A DNA stretch of 16,471 nucleotides, taken from the NCBI GenBank assembly GCA_043228905.1, contig JBHGNT010000747.1:1-16471 (forward strand), read 5' to 3'. The position numbers were made by a program, and so were the translations under genes. Shown one piece after another: positions 8,044 through 16,471 of this stretch. The stretch is from Azolla caroliniana (taxonomy: Eukaryota; Plantae; Polypodiophyta). The notes under the pieces were generated by a model, which worked only from the letters and a program-made list of their open reading frames with translations, did no database searches and was not told where the DNA came from. Numbering within the stretch: position 1 is the first letter of the stretch; every line of letters begins with the position of its first letter.

Positions 8044-11000
8044 TCAATCAAATTCCTCCAAGTCTTCATTTACATCCGCCCTATTATGTTCATCGTCGAG
8101 GTGATCGAGGTTAGGATCCTCGTCTTGTCTTTTCTTGAAAATCTTTACTCTTTTTCCCGCAATGGGTACAGCCAACCTTGATCCGTCTAGCTTTGCAAGG
8201 TGGTATGTGGCATTATCGTTGGCACTTGTCACCACATACGGCTGTGTTGATTGTGAAGGCTGTTGTCGTAAACCAAAACCCAATCTCCTTCTTCAATCTT
8301 CTTGGGACGAAGTCGATGCATGTTGTCAAACCAAACTTTGTTCTTTACTCGGGCTACCTCCATCATCTTTCGCGCTTTTTCTAGAGCTTCAGGTCTTCTT
8401 TCAAATTGCCTTATCCGCGCCGTTAATAAGTCTTCTCGGCTCATCTCGTTCTCCCACGGTATCGCTACCCATGAGGCGATCGTCCTTTCGATGGGCATTA
8501 CCGGCTTTTGTCCATGTATATAAGCTCCATCAGCATATACCCTGTCACCGAGCTGTGTGTCGTTCTGTCGGCCCACAAGGCATAGGGTAATAGTCGTGGC
8601 CAATTCCCGACTCGACCGTTGCATGCCCATACGATGGCTTTGGCGATAGGTCCATGCCCTCGCTCGATCTTCCCATTCGCTTCCGGATTGTAGGCAATCG
8701 TGAGGGAGAGCTTCATGCCTAGTTGTTCGAAGAGCTCCGTCGCTTTGTGCGCATCCAACTTCCCTCGGTCGGCCACTATCTTCCCCACACATCCATATCT
8801 GCAAACAACCTCTTCAAGTAGAAATTTGCAAACGGCTGAAGTCGTCTTATTTGTCAAGGGCTCGTCCTTCCACTTGATTTGTCAAGTCTTCCATTGCCAG
8901 CACTAAGTACTTCATTTGTCCCACTCCCATTGGCATCGAGACCAGATCCACCATCCATTTGAAGTGTATGGTGAGTGGGTATGTCGGCCGTAACTCATCA
9001 CGATGATGTATATTTGAATGTATTTGGCAAGTTTCGCATGTGGACACGAAATGGAGTACATCTTTGTACATTCTTGGCCACTTGTACTTCTCCTTCAACT
9101 TTGCGAACGTCGCCCATGTTTCTCTTGACCTGCCCAAGCACTCTCGTGGAATTTGGTCATCAGCGTCTCTTGCTCTTCTTTCTTCACCACCACTCAACGT
9201 GATATTCCTGTCCTTTTTGGATGTCGCCAAAGGAATCCTCCCTTCAAGAAGTATCGGTAAGCTTTCTTCTGGATTCGTAGGGCCTCCTCCTTTGTCAACG
9301 AAGCATCTGCCGTCAATGTTCTTAGGAATCTACCGATCAGTAACCACTCTCCTTCGTACTCATTCTTGTTGAAGGCGTGGAGGGTTTGCGTGTCCTAATC
9401 TTCCGCCGATAATCGAGCCATCTTGAAGAAGTCGAGGGCGACATCTTCATCTTCCGAAACCATGTCACTTCCATTTTCAAATCTTGCCCTCGATAGCATA
9501 TCAGCCATGGCGTTCTTGTTCCCTGCAATGTGACGGATCTCTGGGTTTAAAGACTTGATGTAGGCGATCCACCTTAGCATAGCAAGATCAGGGGTCGTAC
9601 ATCCCGAGACCATTCCAAGAATTGGGAGACAATCTATCTCTATTATCACTTCCGACCCGATTAGGTAATCTTTGTCTGTCTTCACTGCCGACACAATACC
9701 CCAAAGTTCCGGCTTGACTTGGGCATATCTTTGTTGCCGTTCGCTGAGAATCTTTGCTCCGAACTGGATATCATTTTGCGCATTATCTTCTCCTTATTGA
9801 TTGATGACCCACCCGATTCCGATTGGGCTCGTATCTATGGTCACGTAAATCGGCTTCCCTTCGGCATAGTCGGCCTTCCTTAGTGCCGGAGCTTCAAGAA
9901 GCAGTTTCTTCAATCTTCGCATCGCATTTGTGTGCTCGTCTTGCCATTCTAACTTCATTCTTTTCTTTAGTAGTCCATATAACGGTTCGGTGACATGAGC
10001 GTAGTGCAGAATCTAGATATGATAAAATGCGCATGCTCCAAGGAATCTTCTAACCTCCGTCTAGTTTTCGCATTCTTCTTTCATGTGTTGGATCGCGTTC
10101 ACTTTGTATGGCGAAGGCTTCCGGCCGTATGCCCCACACAAGTGACCTACCACCAAGATCTTTGGTTGCCCGAATGTGGATTTTTCTCCCGAAAATGTCA
10201 AATTCGCATCTTCGAGCCTTTGAAGCACCTTCTCGCAATCTTTCATATGATCTACAACGAACTTTCTACAACCTTCCTTATCTTTCGATTCATCTTTCTC
10301 CTCATCCGAACATCCTTTTATCGGAATATCATCCAAGAATGGCATCGTGATGTCCGGGATGCAATCCTTCAAGACTTTATTCATGGCATTCACCATATAA
10401 GCCACCGAGTTCATTGCGCCTTGGGGTAAGGTACACATCTGCACAAGCTCGATTGGAGTCCTCATAGTTGTAATGTCCCGACTGTCGATCGCCAATTGGA
10501 ATTGGTCATATCCGGAGTAGAGATCGCCAATGGAGTAGATGGACCGGCCCGCAAACGCTTCGGCAAATTCATCCACGCTCAGACCAATTCCGGCATTTCT
10601 AATTGTCACCTTGTTGACAGGTTGAAGATCTTGGATGAATCACAATGATCCATTCTTCTTCGGCATCGTGAACCACCTATTGGAATAAGGAGCGTTCGAC
10701 GGTTCTAGAATTCCCATACTCACCTTCTCCCTTAAGAGCTCGATCAGCTTTGGAAAGTGTGCTCTTGGAACCGGTATCGGTTTCAAATTCCAAGGCACAT
10801 GAGGCACCGTGAAGATCACCATCGGCTCTATAACCTTTGGGTCGGCACATCCAATTTCTCGTGGGAAGAATGCGAAAGGCTTCCCATGTCTCTCAAGCAT
10901 ATCGCGAAACATTCGCTCCTCTTCAGGGAGAAGGAAATCCTCCTTTCCAACTCGTAGCTTCCCCTTCGTCTCTTTGGTGAAGACATGACCTATCGTCTTC

Positions 11001-11485
11001 GGATCTCTTAAACTTGGATCGTTAGCGACTTCCTTCATCTTTTGCCAACTATCTTCCAGTAGCGGAACCGCAACTGGCTTGATCTTCTTATCCACCGTTT
11101 TATATTTCGTGTTGATGTCAGCTTCCTTCATCGAGATGCCACGACGGTATTCATCGATGATAGCATACATGTTGACAGAGTTAACTGAAATCACGTAATG
11201 ATCGTGAAGATAGCTCAAGTCCACGACTTCCTCGATGGTGTCGTTAAATAAGGCTTCTTCCATAATATGAGTCACGAACTCTCCTCTTCTATTATGTTTT
11301 CTTCTTTCTGAGCATCTTCTCGAATTCTTGTATCCGACGCTTGTCCTTCTTGTCGGGTAGTACAAGTCTACATGCGCCACTAGGTGTGACACATGTTGCT
11401 TCTCCTCGCAATCCACGCACTCTTCTTTCTTGTGGGGTCTTGTGATTGCTCGGACTATTTGTGCCCCATGCTTCAATAGTCCGCT
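8044..11485 (-). pseudogene. pol: Gypsy D pol (RT, RNase H, integrase), disrupted
   Basis: TKYKTVDKKIKPV, GILEPSNAPYSNRWF, GDLYSGYDQF, LPQG, PFLDDIPIKG (RT); IEIDCLPILGM...NAMADMLSR (RNase H); CETC zinc finger, KWMVDLV, VADRG, YNPEANGKIERGH (INT). Multiple stops and frameshifts, plus a ~34-bp deletion before PYVV relative to E. Confidence 0.95.
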
Positions 11486-11495
11486 CTAAAAATCC
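11433..11495 (-). promoter_or_regulatory. Putative -1 ribosomal frameshift signal (slippery heptamer plus stem-loop or pseudoknot)
   Basis: G-GAT-TTT at 11495-11489, 5-nt spacer, 9-bp stem CGGACTATT/AATAGTCCG; loop TGGGG is complementary to downstream CCCCA. Confidence 0.72.
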
Positions 11496-13681
11496 GACGA
11501 TTTGCCTCCGAGACTATCTCGATTCCTTTCATGATTGGCTCGCACCGTTAGTAATTGGACCAATCTTTGGTTGTCAAGACTCTTTATTTGTGCGAAGGCT
11601 GCTCCATTATCGAACACTTTGGTCTCCATCCGAGATGATGTGATATACGATTGTCCTAGGATGACAGGATGCGATGCCAATTCTTGCATGAAGAAGTGTT
11701 GATCCATCTCCACATCCCCGATCGTGACTTTGACATTGGGACAAGCTCTGTACAAGGCCTCCGTAGACTTTGTTGCCGCACAAATCTTCCATCCGTGGTT
11801 TGTATTGATTGGCCATCTTCCTTTTTTGTAGAAGTCGGTTGACATGAGGTTGATCTCCAAGCCGTGGTCGATCAAGGCTACCACGGTCTCTTTCTTCTCC
11901 CCGATCTTCACCGGCATCTCCGTTGTCACTCGTGCCCAATGAGGTCGAGTATAGTGGCTGTCCACCATATCCTCATCGACTTCATCTCTTGCCATCGTTA
12001 TGGCATTCGTTTTTGCTTTTTGTGGCTTCTCTTCTTCCTCGTCCGATTGTTGTCTTTTTCTTTTTACAAGGTCCACGATCGTGTCATGGAACTCCTTCGT
12101 AATGCCAAGAAATTCCCTCAAGGACAAAGTTACGTGGCTATCAAGAACACGTTCTTCGAGAATCTTCTGTAGGTCCATCGTCTGCTCTATGTCCGACCTT
12201 AGCTTATAGGTAGGCATAGCCCTTGTCCTCCAAGCGAGGTCTTCGACACCAACTTTCATGGGTCATACGGTTTCATCGACTCGTACGCTCGGCTCTCCTT
12301 TTCGGCTTAATTCTCGTTCCTCCATTTGTAAAGCTCGACTTGTCTCCGCATCTTCCTTCTTTTTCGCGTTCCTTGTTTCATGTCTTTTTGATGGACCTTG
12401 CTCTTCTATTCTTTTTCTCTTTTCTTTGACGAACACCTCGTGGTTGTCGCACATCACCTCCGCGAGTATGGTGTTGTCATCCACCGGATCCGACCATCCG
12501 GTTATACTTTGCACACTTCAATCCGCAAGCTCTACTTCGTTTGAAGTGACTTTTCCCTTCTTCTCATATTCGAGAATGGAAGTCCAAAACTTTGCACCCA
12601 CTCTAGCAGCTTCAGTCTTGTCTATCCCGACTTTTATTCCAGTCGACGCAACATAGTGCATCGCATCCACATGAGTCACATCGGCATCCTCCATAGATTT
12701 CTTCATTCCCCCTCTTCCGAAATTCACCCATAGGGGTCTTCGAGTTTCAGTCGAGCAGATCATGTTGTCCTCTATGTATACGATATTTTGTCAGATCGCC
12801 TCTCGGAGGCTCGCACAATCCCTTCTCATGTGATCCATCTAATTGCACCACACGCATCTAAAGGGTTCTTTTCCTTTAGGGCCCCGAAGATTCATGTTGG
12901 CTAGCGTGACCTTCTCGAACTTCTTCGCTAGCTCTTCGATGATGTCGTCATCAATCTTCTTTTCTTCCACGTTACTTTGTCTTGGCGGCTCAGCTACTTT
13001 TGGCGGTCTTGCTTTCTCCGTAGTAGTCGATCCCATCAAGTTGGTGTCATCAACCCATTGGCGACGCTTGTCGAGCCTATTGCATGCCCGCTTCACCGCG
13101 ATCCAGTCCGCTACAAGCCTATTTGCTTGGGTATCGTCTTCGAGGAGAGTCCTCAACTCCCGTCTATCCTTCATGTCCACGGCCTTCAAGAAGTACAAAG
13201 TCTTGTCCACTTCAAGCAACACTTGTTTCATGTTGCGGAGACGACTAAACATCTAGTTGAATTCGTTGTACACCCTCGAGGAGCTCATGTTCTTATTCTT
13301 CTTCTCTATCCACTTCATCAGGGCATGTCGAGTCATCCTCGTTGAGTCTTCAGTCGCGAACTCCGCTAGTATCGTTTTGTCAAACTCAGACCATGTTGTC
13401 TTACCTTCTTGAAGTTCGATGACGCGTCTTTGGACGTTGTTGGCAACAACTCTCTTGAAGCTTGCGATTTGACGTGCTTCAGACATGTCTCTTTGATTCA
13501 TCTCCCTTTTGTATGCGTCAAGGAACTTCGTAACGTTCCTTCCATCAAATTTACCCTCGAGCTCAACGACACGGTCGACGGCCTTCTCCACGCTCGCATC
13601 GTTGTCTCGAGATCTCATCATTTGTTCGACGATCAACATCATCATTTCGAGGTCTCTCGCTTGATTGCTTGAGGACGCCAT
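11486..13681 (-). pseudogene. gag: Gypsy D gag-protease (one frame, several in-frame stops)
   Basis: ORF pieces 13253-13687, 12839-13252, 12518-12763, 12263-12514 and 11486-12259 share one frame; knuckle CVWCN*MDHMRRDC; protease ALIDHGLEINLMS...VILGQSY; ends DF*. Confidence 0.9.
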
Positions 13682-13729
13682 CTCCAAGTATTGGTCTCAA
13701 CTTGATCCTTCCTACTACCTCTTTCACGT

Positions 13730-14518
13730 TGTCGGGATATTATGCAAGTGCGTGTGGAATCGAGGCGGGACCGCGGGGGTCTCGAACCAAAGAGCAAGCG
13801 AGGGAGGGGAAAGAGAGAGAACCGGCTACGCAGGACCGGGGTACACAGGGACACGGCCCTTCAGCACGGAGAACACGAACAGACACCGACACAGACAGAT
13901 GCGAATGGCTAAATGTGTATATTAAGAAAAACGGCTAACACGACTACAACCCTCGACGGGGCACAGGTTGGTTACGACCGAACAGGCCGGCGAACAGATG
14001 CTGATGCCTGTTCACTTCGACGCTCAAAGGGGCTGTAGCTGGTCGGAGGTGCTGCCGGAAGCACTCGGGCGTTCCTCGAAAACAGCGCGAGCCTCCTCGG
14101 AACCCTGCACGGAAAGCTATGGGGCTCAAGAAGGAAGGAAACAGAGAGCGAAGCGTCCAGAAACGGTCCGGCAGCACTTCGTCCTCTCTGCGCGAGATAT
14201 ATCTGCAACAGCTCTTTCCCGCTCCTTATATAGGCCGACGAGCAGGCCGTCCTGTCAGCTTTATTCCCTGTCCCTTTTGGACAGGGATCCGCTCCGTTTT
14301 TCACGCATCCGCGTAGTTACGCCGCCGACTCGTACAGTTCGCGCGCGCGACCGAAAAGACTGTTCGCGCGGTCTTTGTCTCCACTTGAGTTAGGGCCCGT
14401 TCCTGCCGATTATCCTCCTAATTCGCTTCTATGTACTACTTGGAGCGTGCGCGCGTGAAGAACCGGTTCCCACGCCTTGGTGCGCCGATTCCGCCTATGG
14501 ACGGTTTTCTTCACGACA
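13730..14518 (-). repeat. 3' LTR of Gypsy E (789 bp)
   Basis: Minus strand TGTCGTGA...TCCCGACA (7/8 terminal inverted repeat); TATATAA at 14232-14226; no PBS follows, so it is not the 5' LTR of D. Confidence 0.85.
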
Positions 14519-14531
14519 TCTGCCCCCACCT
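14519..14531 (-). other. PPT of Gypsy E
   Basis: AGGTGGGGGCAGA abutting TGTCG. Confidence 0.85.
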
Positions 14532-14589
14532 AACCGCGCATCCTCCGGTATGCGCCAAGAGAGTTGGGACGGAGAAAACCGGCCCGTCT

Positions 14590-16470
14590 TCATTCCTCGC
14601 CCGTCGGTTCTTCCTCGTTTTCGGATCGTTCGTCACTGCCGACCAGGAGAGCCGGGTCTGGCTCGTCGTCGTGTCGCTTCTTGAACGCTTTGATCCGTTT
14701 CCCTGCAACCGGTATCGTCATTCTCGTGCCGTCGAGTTCCGCCAGGTGGTATGTCCCGTTGTCATTGGCGCTCCGTACCACGTAAGGCCCGAACCACCTT
14801 CGTGCGAACTTCCGTGTAGCTCGGTGCTGGTTGTCGAGGCTGCTATCGTAGACGAGCACCCAGTCACCTTCTTCGATTTTCTTCGGTCGGAGCCGGTGCG
14901 TTCGGTCGAACCTGGCTTTGTTCTTTCTCCTCGCCACTCGGAGCTTCTCCGCAGCCAGTTCCACGTCCTCCGGTCTCCGTTCGAGCTGTCGTATGCGCGC
15001 GGCCAACAACTCCTCCCGGCTCATCTCGTCCCTCCAGTCGACCGTTGCCCACGAGGAGATCGTCCGTTCCATCGGCATGATCGGCTTCTGGCCGAACATG
15101 AGCTCCGTCGGCATGTACCCGGTTACCGAACTGTGCGTGGTCCGGTCCGCCCACAAAGCATAAGGTAGCAGCCGCGGCCAGTTACCGACTCGGCCTCTGC
15201 ATGCCCGAACCAACGCCTTGACGATCGGTCCGTGTCCGCGCTCCACCTTTCCATTCGCCTCCGGATTGTACGCAGTGGTGAGCGAGAGCTTGACTCCCAG
15301 CCGGTCGAACAGCTCCGCGGCTTCTTCGGCGTCCAACTCCCCTCGGTCAGCCACGATCTTTCCGACGCACCCATACCGGCATATCACGTCCTCGACTAGG
15401 AACCGGCATACGGCCGCGGTTGTTTTGTTCGGAAGGGCCCGGCCTTCCACCTGGTTCGTCAGATCCTCCCGCGCTAGGACCAGGTACCGCATCTGTCCTA
15501 CTCCCATTGGCATCGTCACCAGATCTACCATCCATTTGAAGTGGATGGTCGGAGGGTACGTGGGGTGAAGCTCGTCCCGATGTCGGACTGTGGAGTGCAT
15601 CTGACAGCTCTCGCAAGTTGTCACGAACCGATGCACGTCCTGGTACTGCCCCGGCCACCAATACTTCCCCTTCAGTTTCTCAAACGTAGCCCATGTTCCA
15701 CGGTGTCCAGCCCAAGGGCTGTCGTGGTAGGCCGTCAGCAGCTCCTCCTGTTCTTCCTTCATCGCCACCACCCGGAGCGGAACGCCGTCCTTCTTCTTCG
15801 GGTGCTTCCATAGACAGCTATCCCGGAGAAAGAACCGGTACGCTTTCTTCCGGATCCGGTCGGCCTCGTCCTTCGTCCATGACGCATCGGGCGTCATTGT
15901 CTTCAGAAACCCACCGATCTGCAGCCACTCCCCGTCGTACTTGCTCGCGTCGAAGTCGTTAAGCGCCGGAGTGCTTGTTCCGTCTGTTGTTACATACGCA
16001 GTCTCGAAGAAGTCCACGCCGACGTCTTCGTCCTCCGAAACCATGCCGCCCTCGTCATCGAATCTCGCCCTTGAAAGCATGTCGGCCATGGCGTTGTCTT
16101 TCCCGGAAATGTGTCGTATTACCGGGTCTAGGGACTTGATATACGCTATCCACCTGAGCATTGCCAGGTCCGGCGTCGCGCATCCGGAAATCATGCCGAG
16201 AATCGGCATGCAATCCGTCTCTATGATTACCTCCGTCCCGATCAGATAGTCCTTGTCGGCCTTCACCGCCGAAACGATACCCCAGAGTTCGCGTTTAACC
16301 TGGGCGTATCCTCGCTGCCGTTCGCTGAGGACCTTCGCACCGAATCGGATCGGGAACCGATTGCCGTCCTCGTCTTCTTGGTTGACGACCCACCCGATTC
16401 CGGTCGGACTCGTGTCAACCGTTATGTACACTGGGGTGCCCTTCCTGTAGACGGCCTTTCGGAGCGCCGG
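14590..16470 (-). CDS. pol: Gypsy E pol, partial (RNase H and integrase), open frame
   Basis: More than 613 codons, open to the window edge: VDTSPTGIGWV, KRELWGIV, ETDC, NAMADMLSR (RNase H); HDSPWAGHRG...CESC (HHCC); VDLV, ADRG, NGKVERGH (DDE); WFGPYVV (GPY/F); acidic tail, no chromodomain. Confidence 0.96.
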   Translation of the reverse strand, partial: PALRKAVYRKGTPVYITVDTSPTGIGWVVNQEDEDGNRFPIRFGAKVLSERQRGYAQVKRELWGIVSAVKADKDYLIGTEVIIETDCMPILGMISGCATPDLAMLRWIAYIKSLDPVIRHISGKDNAMADMLSRARFDDEGGMVSEDEDVGVDFFETAYVTTDGTSTPALNDFDASKYDGEWLQIGGFLKTMTPDASWTKDEADRIRKKAYRFFLRDSCLWKHPKKKDGVPLRVVAMKEEQEELLTAYHDSPWAGHRGTWATFEKLKGKYWWPGQYQDVHRFVTTCESCQMHSTVRHRDELHPTYPPTIHFKWMVDLVTMPMGVGQMRYLVLAREDLTNQVEGRALPNKTTAAVCRFLVEDVICRYGCVGKIVADRGELDAEEAAELFDRLGVKLSLTTAYNPEANGKVERGHGPIVKALVRACRGRVGNWPRLLPYALWADRTTHSSVTGYMPTELMFGQKPIMPMERTISSWATVDWRDEMSREELLAARIRQLERRPEDVELAAEKLRVARRKNKARFDRTHRLRPKKIEEGDWVLVYDSSLDNQHRATRKFARRWFGPYVVRSANDNGTYHLAELDGTRMTIPVAGKRIKAFKKRHDDEPDPALLVGSDERSENEEEPTGEE

Positions 16471-16471
16471 T

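Larger units (their letters stand above)
7522..13729 (-). mobile_element. Ty3/Gypsy LTR retrotransposon D (non-chromovirus, possibly Phygy-like), decayed; 5' LTR displaced by element E
   Basis: Order gag-CCHC-PR-RT-RNaseH-INT, then PPT and LTR; no chromodomain after the integrase. The left boundary and lineage name are tentative. Confidence 0.9.
13730..16471 (-). mobile_element. Ty3/Gypsy LTR retrotransposon E, 3' part; younger relative of D
   Basis: Uninterrupted RNaseH-INT frame highly similar to D, followed by PPT and complete LTR; inserted about 48 bp upstream of the D gag ATG. Confidence 0.95.

Noticed and set aside
13730-14518. LTR E as the 5' LTR of D (tandem element sharing an LTR)
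   Set aside because: No PBS follows it, and it matches the LTR at 7971 only in its first 11 nt.
14590-14700. Chromodomain at the integrase C-terminus
   Set aside because: Only a short acidic tail follows the GPY region; no aromatic-cage pattern.
14431-15168. 245-aa plus-strand ORF and other plus-strand ORFs over D and E
   Set aside because: Antisense shadows of GC-rich pol with no recognisable motifs.

Overview
The window is eukaryotic DNA and almost entirely a nest of LTR retrotransposons. It is probably from a land plant and possibly a bryophyte (inferred from the Met-i PBS and the element families). No host gene is evident. Left nest: Copia A (+, 1-3698, decayed INT-RT-RNaseH plus 3' LTR) sits inside the integrase of Copia B (-, 3699-6517, Tork/Tnt1-like, with 5' LTR and PBS), which sits inside an internally deleted Gypsy gag relic C (-, 6518-~7005). 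Middle: about 500 bp of AT-rich DNA with a CATG/RY cluster, a tRNA-Lys-like Pol III sequence and a (TA)n tract. Right nest: decayed non-chromovirus Gypsy D (-, ~7522-13729) has its leader interrupted by a younger, GC-rich relative, Gypsy E (-, 13730->16471, open RNaseH-INT frame plus 3' LTR). Most notable signals: (1) a -1 frameshift cassette (GGAUUUU plus stem/pseudoknot) after the protease of D; (2) a stem-loop with compensatory base changes next to the PPT of both D and E; (3) an in-frame duplicated PPT bracketing a 242-codon pol extension in A; (4) trains of short inverted repeats in the U3 of both Copia LTRs. All coordinates and base pairings were read by eye.
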